DNA of 64,000 bases, from the IMG/VR virus record IMGVR_UViG_3300042330_000854, positions 44,077-108,076 of that record. The stretch is one strand, 5' to 3'. This document shows, piece after piece, positions 18,517-28,195 of this stretch. Both the position numbers and the translations under genes were made by a program. Within the stretch, counting starts at the first letter, position 1. Each line of letters begins with the position of its first letter. The notes under the pieces were generated by a model. The model was not told where the DNA came from. It was given only the letters and a program-made list of their open reading frames with translations, and ran no database searches. Source of the stretch: a virus.

Positions 18517-18761
18517 CTAAACGTCTTTCTTTGATTTTGTAAATCGTTAATCTTTCGTTCCAAATCATCCAAACGATTTAATCTTAAAATTTTCTGTTCT
18601 AAAAAAGCAATTCTTGTTTCTAAATTTTTTATTGTTAATTCTAAATTATTAACAACAATTCCCTGAGTAACAATTAATTTTTTATTATCATCTAAAGGTT
18701 CTTTTTGCTTTACTTTTTTTCTAGGAAACTTTTTATCTAATTTTGAATATATGCCGCTCAT
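18513..18761 (-). CDS. small coiled-coil protein
   Basis: Heptad-like LETRIAFLEQKILRL. Confidence 0.65.
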   Translation of the reverse strand: MSGIYSKLDKKFPRKKVKQKEPLDDNKKLIVTQGIVVNNLELTIKNLETRIAFLEQKILRLNRLDDLERKINDLQNQRKTFR

Positions 18762-19435
18762 TATAAACCTTCTTCTAATAATAAATTATGAATTAAATCG
18801 AATTCAGCTTTTTTTAAATTAAACATTTGAAACCAATACTCAGAATCCATTGTATTTTTAATATATGCTTTTTGTTCTTCTGCCATATTAGCGATTTTTT
18901 GTAATCCATTTTCGCTACCATAAACTACCCAAGGACTTATCATCCCTTGGTTTAATAATAAAGCTAGATAACTATCACCAATTTTATTAAAAAAATCTTT
19001 TAATTCTACTTGATTAGTATAACACCAGTTTAAGATAAATTCAATACTTCTTTTAGCTGCGTCTAAATAATTTTCATTTCTTACAAAATGTTTTATAAAA
19101 CTATTCCAAGTTTCAGGACGTTTCCATTTTGTTGTTGGTATATTTTTTTCAATGATATAATCAAAAAATTCTCGATAAGAATGCGAATAATTTTTCAATA
19201 CAAAATCAGAAAATTCATAAAACACATTGTAAAAACGATTGTTAATAAAAGTTTCAAATAATGGATTTTTTAAATTTTGATTTTTCTTCATCCAAATTGA
19301 CCAAAAATCAAACGCAATTTTAGAAACTTCTAAATCTTTTTTTTCAAATCGCTCTTTTTGTAAGCAATGATGAGAATTTAATGTGGTTTCTTTTTTAAAT
19401 TCTTTTTGGCAATAATTACATTTGTACACTTTCAA
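18761..19435 (-). CDS. C2H2-type Zn-finger protein of the replication cluster
   Basis: YKCNYCQKEFKKETTLNSHHC; G.ISPW. Confidence 0.7.
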   Translation of the reverse strand: MKVYKCNYCQKEFKKETTLNSHHCLQKERFEKKDLEVSKIAFDFWSIWMKKNQNLKNPLFETFINNRFYNVFYEFSDFVLKNYSHSYREFFDYIIEKNIPTTKWKRPETWNSFIKHFVRNENYLDAAKRSIEFILNWCYTNQVELKDFFNKIGDSYLALLLNQGMISPWVVYGSENGLQKIANMAEEQKAYIKNTMDSEYWFQMFNLKKAEFDLIHNLLLEEGL

Positions 19436-19901
19436 ATTCCTTTAAAATCTTTTTAATTAAATCATCATCAATGGCATTTCTTTGTAAAAAATCTTCTAAT
19501 TGATCTTTTGTTATAATTTTAATCATCATATCAATTTCTTGATCTTTAGCATGAGGATAAACATTATACATAAAATTGTATAAATTAGAACTTGATTTAT
19601 TTTTTGATATTGGATTAATCCAATGATGGCGTTGTTTTCTACCAATACCAATTGCGCTCATTAATTTCCAAAATAATTCTGGATGTTTTGTTAATAATTG
19701 ATTATCTACATTTAATAATTCATTTACGCTTGTTAGATAATATTCGCTTAAATGCCCATCTATTCCAGAAAACCATCTCATGATTTGAAATGGCGAAAAT
19801 TGTTTTTTTTCTTCATCTGTTAAATTATTATAATAATTTTTATTATTTAAATCTGCTTTTTCAAGCAATTCAAAAATATTTATTTTGTATTCTTTGCTCA
19901 T
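19416..19901 (-). CDS. clamp-loader small subunit-like (T4 gp62-like)
   Basis: FSPFQIMRWFS...VNE..N...KHPEL...GRKQRHHWI pattern. Confidence 0.6.
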   Translation of the reverse strand: MSKEYKINIFELLEKADLNNKNYYNNLTDEEKKQFSPFQIMRWFSGIDGHLSEYYLTSVNELLNVDNQLLTKHPELFWKLMSAIGIGRKQRHHWINPISKNKSSSNLYNFMYNVYPHAKDQEIDMMIKIITKDQLEDFLQRNAIDDDLIKKILKEFESVQM

Positions 19902-19971
19902 AAATTTACCTCTAATCTAATTCTATCTTAAATAAAAAGAGATACTTTATCAATTTCTTTTGGAGAAAAAC

Positions 19972-20781
19972 ATGACTATTGATCGTAAAATTTTAGGAAA
20001 CATTGCCAACACAGGACAACAATTAACTGTAACTGAATTTTGGCTTCCTGGTGAAATAAGTTCTGCCACAAATGGCTGGATTAAAAAACAATTAGGTGTT
20101 AGTAAATTCTTAGTTGTTAATCCTAACACAAGCAATGAAGGTATTGTTGTTTTACAAAACAGCACTTTAACCGCTGCTGGACAAGCTAGAATAGCAGTTG
20201 TGCCAAGTGGCAATGGTAGTGGTGCCGTTTTATCACCACGCTATCGTGCGCTTTCAGGAACGGTTGCTGCTGGTGGTAGCGGTTATGCAGTTAATGATAC
20301 CTTAACCGTAACGGGTGGTGTTGTATTAACTGTTGCAACGGTAAATGGCGGTGGCGCTATTTTAACCTTTACTGTTACTACAAAAGGCAACGTAACAAAT
20401 ATTCCTGCTGATCCTGTAACTCCAACTGGAACTTCTGGGGCAGGTGTAAATGCCACAGTTAATTTAACTTGGGAAGTTAATACTGTAACTATTTCAAATG
20501 GTGGTACTGGTTATACAGCAGCTAATGTTGTATTTTCTGGCGGAACATCAAATGCAACTGGTACAGCAACAATTACATCTGGTGTAGTAACTGGTATTAC
20601 TGTTGCAACTCGTGGCAGCTATGAAGCAAATGGAACTGCTGTAATTACAACTGTTGGTACAACTGAATATTTAAAATCTTTACAATATCGCAAAGCTATT
20701 ACTTTTAATGGTAATAGTTATATTTGGGATAAAAACGAAACCGCCGATGAAGTTGGTGAAGCAAACGTAGATTTTTCATAA
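19972..20781 (+). CDS. Gly/Thr-rich virion structural protein
   Basis: GGSGY/GGTGY/RGSY repeats; upstream TAAATA and GGAG. Confidence 0.75.
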   Translation: MTIDRKILGNIANTGQQLTVTEFWLPGEISSATNGWIKKQLGVSKFLVVNPNTSNEGIVVLQNSTLTAAGQARIAVVPSGNGSGAVLSPRYRALSGTVAAGGSGYAVNDTLTVTGGVVLTVATVNGGGAILTFTVTTKGNVTNIPADPVTPTGTSGAGVNATVNLTWEVNTVTISNGGTGYTAANVVFSGGTSNATGTATITSGVVTGITVATRGSYEANGTAVITTVGTTEYLKSLQYRKAITFNGNSYIWDKNETADEVGEANVDFS

Positions 20782-20785
20782 AACT

Positions 20786-20814
20786 AAAAAGGGGAGAATT
20801 AATTCTCCCCTTTT
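20786..20814. terminator. bidirectional terminator
   Basis: A5-GGGGAGAATTAATTCTCCCC-T4. Confidence 0.85.
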
Positions 20815-20816
20815 AA

Positions 20817-21143
20817 TTAAAACCGAACTAGAATCCGATATTTAAAAATATCACAATAATCTTGTTCCCAAGCAGTTTCGGCATTATGTCCCAATTCTTT
20901 TAGTTTGTTTACCACAAACAAAGAATAATCTTGAGTTGTTTCCCAATTACCAACTTCAACAAAATCTTCACCTTCACGATAAGCTTTTACAATTTTATCA
21001 AAATATTTTTGTTTTGTTTTTTCATACCTAAGTTCAAATTTTTGTTCTTTAGTAAGAACCGATTTTTGTTTATTACTTGTGATCTTAGACAAACTTTGCT
21101 TACGGGCAGAAACATGTTGGGAAATCAAATCATCATAATTCAT
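20817..21143 (-). CDS. early hypothetical protein
   Basis: Promoter cassette and AAGGAG SD. Confidence 0.75.
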   Translation of the reverse strand: MNYDDLISQHVSARKQSLSKITSNKQKSVLTKEQKFELRYEKTKQKYFDKIVKAYREGEDFVEVGNWETTQDYSLFVVNKLKELGHNAETAWEQDYCDIFKYRILVRF

Positions 21144-21190
21144 TATTATTCTCCTTGTTTGTAGTTTGACATTTCCGTCTTGATGAACTC

Positions 21191-21219
21191 ATAATAGAAA
21201 ATTTTACTGTTTTTGTCAA
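21191..21219 (-). promoter_or_regulatory. early promoter cassette with downstream GAC-GGAAAT-GTC stem-loop
   Basis: TTGACA-17-TATTAT with AAAATTTTC. Confidence 0.85.
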
Positions 21220-21233
21220 GCAGTTTTTTAAAT

Positions 21234-21551
21234 TTAATTTTGTAAAAACCACAAAATTTTATCGGTTTCATTCATACCTAAAGCATCAAAATATAAATCT
21301 GGATTTGGGTGTTCATTAATCCATTCTTTTACATTGTTATAACGTTTATTATGTAACCAATATGATTTTTCACCTGTACAATCAATATATGCTGGTCCCG
21401 TTAAACGATGCCAACAACAGTTTTCACTCCAAATTTTCTCCCAATAAGAAATGTTTTCAAATACAGGCGTATCAACATCCGATGGATTATCCCCATGTTT
21501 TTCAAACGTATATCTTTTATAATCAATGTAATATATAAATCTATATTTCAT
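21234..21551 (-). CDS. HRLTGPA-family protein, copy 6 (tail A)
   Basis: HRLTGPA...HPNPDLYFDALGMNETDKILWFLQN. Confidence 0.9.
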   Translation of the reverse strand: MKYRFIYYIDYKRYTFEKHGDNPSDVDTPVFENISYWEKIWSENCCWHRLTGPAYIDCTGEKSYWLHNKRYNNVKEWINEHPNPDLYFDALGMNETDKILWFLQN

Positions 21552-23594
21552 TTAATCACCAAAATATTCTTTTAAATCTCTTAATTTTTTATTATCAACA
21601 ATTATTTGTCCCCATTTTGATAATAATATATTAACTAATGGATAATCATCAATTAATTTTAAACATTGATTTTTATAACATTCATCTGTTTTTATATCAA
21701 TTAATGAAAAGTATTGTAATAACTCAATTGTTGATTGTTCATCAATGGTTAAACTATTTTGTTGCTTGTTTTTAAAAATATCTTGCCAACAATTAACATC
21801 TTTAAAGTTTTGTTCAAATTCTTCAATTTCATAAGAACCTAAACTAAAAATACTATAAAATTGATTATAGTTTAAACTTTTATTATGTTTTTCTAATAAT
21901 TCATCAGTAATTTTTTCTTTTAATTGTTCAATTAATTTATCATTCATTACTGTAAATTTAAATTGTTTAGATAATTTTTTATACATTGTTTCATTAATAA
22001 ATAAATCATTTTTATTAATCAAATTCAATCGCATTAATTTAGTTAAATTAAGCGGACTTAATGTTCGATCATTAATTGTTAATTCATTTCTTTCAGTAAT
22101 CCAAACATTATATTCTTCTTGTTCCTCTAAAGAATACATTTTATAAAAACAACCAATAGACGATAGTTTATTAACTACAATAGAAGGCGAAATTAATTTT
22201 TCATTTTTCTCTTCAGAAAAAGATTTTGCTTGTTTAAAAGTCCAACCAATTAATTTTTCTTTAAATTGATTTAATTCACGCAATGCTAATTCATATAATG
22301 ATTTATTTTTATATTCGCCCTTTTTTAAAACAATACCAACGTAGTCGCCAATACGATTACATATTTGTTTTTTATTTGGATTTCTACCTAAATCAAAAAC
22401 AACAAATTTTTGATTTGCTTTCGCATGATAAAATTTATTGCTTTCATATTTTTTATAATTAACTTCAATTAATTCCCAATGAGTTAAATTATTTGAGATT
22501 TTAATAGTATTGAAGCCACTTAATTCTTCAAATTTATTTTTAATATAAAAATGATTTTTATCCCATAAAATTTTTAATAAAATAGATTCTTTATAATAAG
22601 AATCAGTTAATTTTAAATAATCATAAACAGTTGAACAATTATCAACTAATAATTCAGCACTATCAATAATTTTTTGATGAATTTGTTTTAATCGATTTTG
22701 TAAAACATTATGAGTTGAAAATTCACTAATATTTCTTACATCGAAGTCTAAATTTTCTCTACTTGGAGAAACTTGTAATTCACCAATATCAAATTTAATT
22801 GCTAATTTTTTTGTTAAATCATATCGAAAGAAATTTAAAATATCATCTTGAAATGGAATTTCATCAAAATTAACTTCATAAGGAATTTCACCAATAATAC
22901 AAATACAAGAATTATAAGTTATATTACTATGATTTATAAGATAAAAATCTTTAAAATTAAAATCAATAATATCATTATTAAAATTATTAAAAGGATTTAC
23001 GCCAATAAATTCTGGTTTTACATCCCACCATTTAAAAATTTTAATTGCATTGGGGATAAATTCACTGATGTTTTGTTGAGGAACGATCATTGAAATTTTC
23101 ACACCATTTGTTTTATCAGTTTTTTCTTCGCTGATTAAACTATAATCTGGCTCACCTGAACCAGCTTTAAAACAAGAATAAGTGTACATTTTACCGTTAT
23201 ATCGATTTTCAACAGTAAAATTATTCACTAGGCAAAATGGTACTTTAAATCCTAATCCAAACCCACCAATTAATTGATTGCTTTTTGTTTTATCAGATGC
23301 AAAATATGTACAAACTTCAGAAAATCTTTCTGGATCAATTCCAGTTCCACGATCTTCAACCCAAAAAATAGGATTATCAACCGTTGGTAAATTAATTTTA
23401 ATTGGAGTATTAGGATCGAGTTGTTGCTGTGCATCTTTTGCATTGCTTGCAACTTCACGAATGATTGCTTCAACTTTTCTTGAATATAATTTATTTGATA
23501 AAATATCAAATGCTTTACCGTTAATTGAAATCCCAAATGATTTAGTATTGTCAAATGGTGAATTTAATTTTTCTTGATGTTCGTCTAACTTCAT
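21552..23594 (-). CDS. rIIA: rIIA-like protein (N-terminal GHKL/HATPase)
   Basis: KAFDILSNKLYS...IREVASNAKDA, VEDRGTG, SDK, GGFGLGFK, SPSRENL. Confidence 0.85.
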   Translation of the reverse strand: MKLDEHQEKLNSPFDNTKSFGISINGKAFDILSNKLYSRKVEAIIREVASNAKDAQQQLDPNTPIKINLPTVDNPIFWVEDRGTGIDPERFSEVCTYFASDKTKSNQLIGGFGLGFKVPFCLVNNFTVENRYNGKMYTYSCFKAGSGEPDYSLISEEKTDKTNGVKISMIVPQQNISEFIPNAIKIFKWWDVKPEFIGVNPFNNFNNDIIDFNFKDFYLINHSNITYNSCICIIGEIPYEVNFDEIPFQDDILNFFRYDLTKKLAIKFDIGELQVSPSRENLDFDVRNISEFSTHNVLQNRLKQIHQKIIDSAELLVDNCSTVYDYLKLTDSYYKESILLKILWDKNHFYIKNKFEELSGFNTIKISNNLTHWELIEVNYKKYESNKFYHAKANQKFVVFDLGRNPNKKQICNRIGDYVGIVLKKGEYKNKSLYELALRELNQFKEKLIGWTFKQAKSFSEEKNEKLISPSIVVNKLSSIGCFYKMYSLEEQEEYNVWITERNELTINDRTLSPLNLTKLMRLNLINKNDLFINETMYKKLSKQFKFTVMNDKLIEQLKEKITDELLEKHNKSLNYNQFYSIFSLGSYEIEEFEQNFKDVNCWQDIFKNKQQNSLTIDEQSTIELLQYFSLIDIKTDECYKNQCLKLIDDYPLVNILLSKWGQIIVDNKKLRDLKEYFGD

Positions 23595-23645
23595 AATAAC
23601 CCTCTTAATTTGGTTTATTATGCTTTAAACTAATAATTTGTCAAG

Positions 23646-23671
23646 AAAAAAGGAGGAAATTTCCTCCTTTT
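23646..23671 (-). terminator. intrinsic terminator
   Basis: AAAAGGAGGA-loop-TCCTCCTTTT. Confidence 0.75.
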
Positions 23672-23674
23672 AAA

Positions 23675-23992
23675 TTAACCCCAACGTTCAAGCATTTCTT
23701 TTTGAAATGTTTCATCTTGGTTTGGATGGTGTTTTAAAAAATCTTGAATTGTACGGAATTGGCGATGATTATACCAATAAACTTTAGTGCCATCAACAAA
23801 CATAGCAGCCGGGCCATTTTCTCGATGCCAAATCCATCCTTTTTTACACCATAATGAAAATCCTAATTTGCGATTAATCAAAGCAGGCGTTTCATCATTG
23901 GGCGAGCAAAGTTCAAAAATTCCTGGTAATTCATTAATATCATTAGTGTTAATTTCTTCACCATCAACATAACAAGTATATAAAAATTCCAT
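23675..23992 (-). CDS. HRLTGPA-family protein, copy 7 (tail B variant)
   Basis: CSPNDETPAL...HRENGPA...HPNQDETFQKEMLERWG. Confidence 0.85.
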   Translation of the reverse strand: MEFLYTCYVDGEEINTNDINELPGIFELCSPNDETPALINRKLGFSLWCKKGWIWHRENGPAAMFVDGTKVYWYNHRQFRTIQDFLKHHPNQDETFQKEMLERWG

Positions 23993-24005
23993 TATTATTT
24001 CCTTT

Positions 24006-24161
24006 TTAATCTTTAAGTTCATTAACAAGTTCAGCCTTCAGCTTCCGACGAATTTTACGGAATTCTTTCTTCCGTTTGCCAGCAGCAGGAAAACAACAAC
24101 TGCATTTGATGCCGCCAGGACCAACATTCAAATGCTTCATGAAATTACGCTTTGCGCTCAT
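24006..24161 (-). CDS. 51-aa basic Cys-motif protein MSAKRNFMKHLNVGPGGIKCSCCFPAAGKRKKEFRKIRRKLKAELVNELKD (not in ORF track)
   Basis: First gene after promoter 24191-24219, AGGAG SD. Confidence 0.8.
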   Translation of the reverse strand: MSAKRNFMKHLNVGPGGIKCSCCFPAAGKRKKEFRKIRRKLKAELVNELKD

Positions 24162-24190
24162 TGTTAATCTCCTAATCAGTTGATAAATTT

Positions 24191-24219
24191 ACTATAAAAA
24201 ATTTTTTGATTATTGTCAA
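24191..24219 (-). promoter_or_regulatory. early promoter cassette
   Basis: TTGACA-17-TATAGT with AAAATTTT. Confidence 0.8.
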
Positions 24220-24232
24220 CTTTATTTGTTTT

Positions 24233-24538
24233 TTAGTTAATATATTTTATTAGCTTCATATACACCGAAACCCGAAAGTTAAACCAATTTATTTTTAGTT
24301 CTTGTAGATTGCTTACCTTGCACAAATAATTAATAATCTCCGCTATTGTCATAATAGGTAACATGATCATCACACCCAATCCAAAAATTGGGCTGAGAAT
24401 GATTGTACTTACTACGTTAAAAAACAAAATTCCAGGACTAGATTTGCGGCGTTCAAACAACATGCGGATCATACCGACTACACCAATAACACAACAAACA
24501 ACGTAATAAATTACGACTACGTAATCAGATATACTCAT
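24233..24538 (-). CDS. early membrane protein
   Basis: Two hydrophobic segments; AAGGAG SD. Confidence 0.7.
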   Translation of the reverse strand: MSISDYVVVIYYVVCCVIGVVGMIRMLFERRKSSPGILFFNVVSTIILSPIFGLGVMIMLPIMTIAEIINYLCKVSNLQELKINWFNFRVSVYMKLIKYIN

Positions 24539-24588
24539 TTGATTTCTCCTTGGTTGTGTTTTGATGTTTTTACCTTGTTGATGAAACC

Positions 24589-24617
24589 ATTATAGAAAAT
24601 TTTCCTGTCTTTGTCAA
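24589..24617 (-). promoter_or_regulatory. early promoter cassette
   Basis: TTGACA-17-TATAAT with GAAAATTTTC. Confidence 0.9.
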
Positions 24618-24919
24618 ATACTTTTTACAAAAAATTCTTGAAGACTGGCCCCAAAATCAATCAGTTGTTCTTTAGTTAATTCCTTACCACGAAATTCTTG
24701 TGGAAGATTTTTAATAGAGAGATAAATAAATCGAGCACCCCGGTTGTTAATTTCAGCAATAATATCGATTGGTAAAATACCAATAACAATATCGCCTTGT
24801 TTTAGTTTAGAAGTATTATTATCAACCCAATGCGTAATAATTTCTGGCGCATCAAAACCTTTTTCGTTAAGCCATTCCAATGCCCCAGAATGGCGGGTAA
24901 TAAAATAAACATTGCTCAT
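24614..24919 (-). CDS. csx16: Csx16 (VVA1548)-family protein
   Basis: YFITRHSGALEWL...GDIVIGILP...AEI..RGARF..LS...LP.EFRGKELT.EQL...GA.LQEF family signature. Confidence 0.85.
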   Translation of the reverse strand: MSNVYFITRHSGALEWLNEKGFDAPEIITHWVDNNTSKLKQGDIVIGILPIDIIAEINNRGARFIYLSIKNLPQEFRGKELTKEQLIDFGASLQEFFVKSI

Positions 24920-24948
24920 TTCATTTCTCCTAATCAGTTGATAAACTT

Positions 24949-24977
24949 ACTATAGAAAATTTTTTAATTGTTGTCAA
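24949..24977 (-). promoter_or_regulatory. early promoter cassette driving csx16
   Basis: TTGACA-17-TATAGT with AAAATTTTC; leader TTTATCAACTGATTAGGAGA shared with the 24191 cassette. Confidence 0.85.
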
Positions 24978-24979
24978 CA

Positions 24980-25246
24980 TTATTGTTTAAAAATAACTTC
25001 TAAATATTTTTCATAAAAATAATAAGTAGAAGAAAGTAAAACGGATGATATTAAACAACATAAGATGAAAATAAATGTATTTGATCCAAATAACATAAAA
25101 ATCGTTATAGGCAAGAAAATAGTTAAAAAATATAAAATTGTTAATAAAACAAAATATTTTTTCTTTAATTTAGTTAAATCCGTAAATTTATTCATTTTAT
25201 GAAAAATTATTTTGATTAATATTTTTAACAACGTGATAAACTTCAC
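24980..25246 (-). CDS. small membrane protein (start uncertain)
   Basis: Two transmembrane segments. Confidence 0.5.
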   Translation of the reverse strand: MKFITLLKILIKIIFHKMNKFTDLTKLKKKYFVLLTILYFLTIFLPITIFMLFGSNTFIFILCCLISSVLLSSTYYFYEKYLEVIFKQ

Positions 25247-25601
25247 TTGAAATTTGCATTTTTACTTTATCAATTTCTTTTATTTTGTTGTTTAAATATC
25301 GATCAACTTCATTAAAAACATCTTCAAAAAATTTGTCTTGAATAAAAACTTTATTTTTATCAACAAATAACGAATGAAACAATCCGTCTTTTCGATAATA
25401 GCTATAAATTTCTGTTTTTTGTACAGAAATTGAAATTTCTGGTGGAATATGTGCAAATCGTTGAATAACTGTAAAACAAAATTCTGTTTTAACACCATCA
25501 ATTTCACGAGTAAAAAAATAATTAAAAAACCTAGATGGATTGTTTACAATCTTAGCTTTTTGTAAAATTTCATCAAATTGTTTATATGTAATACCTGACA
25601 T
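25197..25601 (-). CDS. hypothetical protein
   Basis: AAGGA SD; TTGACA upstream. Confidence 0.7.
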   Translation of the reverse strand: MSGITYKQFDEILQKAKIVNNPSRFFNYFFTREIDGVKTEFCFTVIQRFAHIPPEISISVQKTEIYSYYRKDGLFHSLFVDKNKVFIQDKFFEDVFNEVDRYLNNKIKEIDKVKMQISSEVYHVVKNINQNNFS

Positions 25602-25663
25602 GTTAATATCCTTTATGTTAATAAGCTACATAAAATATTACATATTGTGTTTTTTGTCAATAA

Positions 25664-26116
25664 TTATTTTATTAAGCCTACTTGAGTGCCTTTTGAATTT
25701 ATGGTTAAAGTTTGACTTCTTGGATTATCTGTATATGAAACATGAACCCAACCAGAATTTTTACCTTTAGCACTTTCATAAAATTCTAAAATCAATTGAT
25801 CAAATGGAAAATTTTCTTCTATAAATTTTGCTAAATCATAATTACTCATACCATTAATTTCAATATCGGCTGCTTGACCTTTTACATGTTGTGATGTTGG
25901 TTTGCTTCCAACCGCACTATTAACTAATAAACTACGATAACCAGAATTAATTGTTAATTTCTGATTTAACAAATCAGTTAAAGGATCAAGAATAGCTTGA
26001 CATAATTTTTTTATATTTTCTATTTCTTGTTGTCCTGGCGTATTGTCTAAATTTCTTCTTGTTGCTTCATAAGAACGAGTAAAATCTTGTAAAGTATAAT
26101 ATTTGCTAATTTCCAT
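25664..26116 (-). CDS. peptidase M15A Zn metallopeptidase (candidate endolysin)
   Basis: INSGYRS..VN.AVG...SQH.KG.AADI...WVHVS. Confidence 0.9.
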   Translation of the reverse strand: MEISKYYTLQDFTRSYEATRRNLDNTPGQQEIENIKKLCQAILDPLTDLLNQKLTINSGYRSLLVNSAVGSKPTSQHVKGQAADIEINGMSNYDLAKFIEENFPFDQLILEFYESAKGKNSGWVHVSYTDNPRSQTLTINSKGTQVGLIK

Positions 26117-26155
26117 CTAAATAACCTCTTGTTTAAGATTATTTAGATTTTTATT

Positions 26156-26464
26156 TTATCCATATTTTAACAACATTTCAATTTGAAAAGCATTATCTTG
26201 ATTTGGATGCGCGTTTAACCAAGCTTGAAAATTTTTATATTCTTTCCCATTTAACCAAAAATATTCAGTCCCATCAAAATCAATTAAAGCTGGTCCAGTT
26301 AATCGATGCCAAATTCTTCCTTTTTTACACCATTCTTTAGACCCATCAGTTAAATCTTCCCAAGCTGGTGTGTTTTCATCTAGCGATGACATTTCATCCC
26401 AGGGTATTTCATCCCAAACATCAGTTGTAAATTTTTCACCATCGACGTAATAAATAAACTTCAT
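26156..26464 (-). CDS. HRLTGPA-family protein, copy 8 (tail B)
   Basis: DENTPAWE...HRLTGPA...HPNQDNAFQIEMLLKYG. Confidence 0.9.
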   Translation of the reverse strand: MKFIYYVDGEKFTTDVWDEIPWDEMSSLDENTPAWEDLTDGSKEWCKKGRIWHRLTGPALIDFDGTEYFWLNGKEYKNFQAWLNAHPNQDNAFQIEMLLKYG

Positions 26465-26832
26465 TTTTTCAACTCCCAAAGAACATAATCAGTATTATTT
26501 TCAAAAATAACTTCAATCCAATAAATTAAAAAACAAGAATTAAATCCTTGACTTTTATGTTTCATACAAAATTTAATTTTACCTAATGGTAAAATTTCAA
26601 TTAAAAAATTATGCAAATTATGCAAACTTAAAGTTAATCCATAATAACTAGATAATAACGTTATTAAATCATCATTATCAATAAATTTATCAAATAATTT
26701 TAAAATATAATCTTCATCATCCGAATGATACTCAAAAACATTTATTGATTGGCGATTTTCAATTACTGTTAATTCTTCAATTAATTCTTTTAAAAAATAC
26801 TGATTTTCTTTTTGTAAAAGTATAAATCTCAT
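26461..26832 (-). CDS. hypothetical protein ending IFENNTDYVLWELKK
   Basis: Coupled ORF. Confidence 0.7.
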   Translation of the reverse strand: MRFILLQKENQYFLKELIEELTVIENRQSINVFEYHSDDEDYILKLFDKFIDNDDLITLLSSYYGLTLSLHNLHNFLIEILPLGKIKFCMKHKSQGFNSCFLIYWIEVIFENNTDYVLWELKK

Positions 26833-27455
26833 TTTTTCTTTAATAATAAATCATAAACTGTCGCCAAATAAGGCTCTAAACCAATGGTTTCAATTTTACT
26901 TGTATGCGGAATTGAATTTTTCATAATTTGGCTTAAACTAATTGTACGTTTTACTGTAGTTTGTTTACCACGTAATAAATCATTTATTGTTGTTCCTGAA
27001 ACTTTAAAACCAGTTATGATTTTACATAAATCAACTGAATATAAAACAACACCTGTTGTTTTATTATGATGTTGATGATCAGTTCCATTATGAACTTCAA
27101 AATTAACTCTTAATGTTTTAGCAAAACTATCATTATTATAAAACAAAGATTTTTTTTCGCTTAAAGAAAAATTCTTTGCTTTCATACAAATTAATTTTAC
27201 TTCCATTGTTTCACCATTTGCAGCAATAACATCATCACCGGATAAATGATCGATTGCTAAACTATCCCAATAAAGACCAGCTACCCAATCTTCCCAACGT
27301 TGAGGAAAATTTCCTGATTTTTTTGCTGCGTTTGTGTTTGGGCACCAAAGTTTAGCATTTTGATAATCATGATTACGTAAGGCTAAAGGCAAAATTGCTT
27401 GCTGTTCACGAATTGTTCTATCCAATAATTTGTTTTTTGAGAATTTCAATGTCAT
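26829..27455 (-). CDS. possible PD-(D/E)xK nuclease
   Basis: WE...GDD...MEVK pattern. Confidence 0.4.
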   Translation of the reverse strand: MTLKFSKNKLLDRTIREQQAILPLALRNHDYQNAKLWCPNTNAAKKSGNFPQRWEDWVAGLYWDSLAIDHLSGDDVIAANGETMEVKLICMKAKNFSLSEKKSLFYNNDSFAKTLRVNFEVHNGTDHQHHNKTTGVVLYSVDLCKIITGFKVSGTTINDLLRGKQTTVKRTISLSQIMKNSIPHTSKIETIGLEPYLATVYDLLLKKK

Positions 27456-27765
27456 GTGTTTCTAGCTTTCTGTTTAATTGAATTGTTGTGTTTGGTATTT
27501 GAGGGAAAATATTAATTAAGATATTATTTTCATCATAACAAAAAATTTTATGTTCTAAATTATCTACTGATTTAGTATTTTTTTTAGGTATTTCTAAAAT
27601 TAAATGTGATTTTGTTTTTTTAATTGGAAAAGTGTTTTTTTCAAAATCAATTAAAATTTTATCATTTAAAATTGTATATGAAAAAAATTGATGTTTATTC
27701 CATTCTGGCAATTTTGATAATTTTAAAATTGTTTTTGTTGTTAATCTTGTAATTTGTGCATTCAT
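27418..27765 (-). CDS. hypothetical protein
   Basis: GAGGA SD. Confidence 0.6.
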   Translation of the reverse strand: MNAQITRLTTKTILKLSKLPEWNKHQFFSYTILNDKILIDFEKNTFPIKKTKSHLILEIPKKNTKSVDNLEHKIFCYDENNILINIFPQIPNTTIQLNRKLETHDIEILKKQIIG

Positions 27766-27843
27766 TCTTACATCCTCATTTTTAATGATAATAAATGAAT
27801 ATTTTAAAAATTACAAAATAAAAAAGAGAGGGAATCCCCTCTC

Positions 27844-28020
27844 TTAATTAATTTCAGACTTTAATTCTTGTTTTAAACGATGACGACCAATTCGGTGCAT
27901 AAGTTTATTATCACGAGAATGGGCACGTTTAGAACGGCGACTATTATAAGTTTCACGAGGAAAACGATCATGACCAGGACAACAGCCATGATCTTCGCGT
28001 TTCATACCATAAGGTTTCAT
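27844..28020 (-). CDS. 58-aa Arg/His-rich protein MKPYGMKREDHGCCPGHDRFPRETYNSRRSKRAHSRDNKLMHRIGRHRLKQELKSEIN (not in ORF track)
   Basis: AAGGAG SD; followed by terminator at 27820-27845. Confidence 0.8.
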   Translation of the reverse strand: MKPYGMKREDHGCCPGHDRFPRETYNSRRSKRAHSRDNKLMHRIGRHRLKQELKSEIN

Positions 28021-28195
28021 TTTTTATCACTCCTTGTCATTGTTATTATAAACATCGCTCATGTCATAAACCGAATAATCTTCTTTATCACCTAGCCCTT
28101 GTAACAGAAACATAATGACAAAAAATAAGAGGCCGATTGTAATAAACATAATATTCTCCTTGTTTTTATTTTGACATTTCTGTCTTGATGTATTT

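Noticed and set aside
21552-23594. Hsp90 or topoisomerase
   Set aside because: The N-terminal AF.ILS..LYS...IRE..SNA.DA and SPSRE.L motifs fit phage rIIA; no TOPRIM or Hsp90 middle-domain motifs seen
24614-24977. CRISPR-Cas locus around csx16
   Set aside because: No direct-repeat/spacer array or other cas gene is visible; nearby repeats are promoter cassettes
27880-28095. 71-aa plus-strand ORF from the track
   Set aside because: Shadow of the minus-strand gene 27844-28020, which has an SD and terminator
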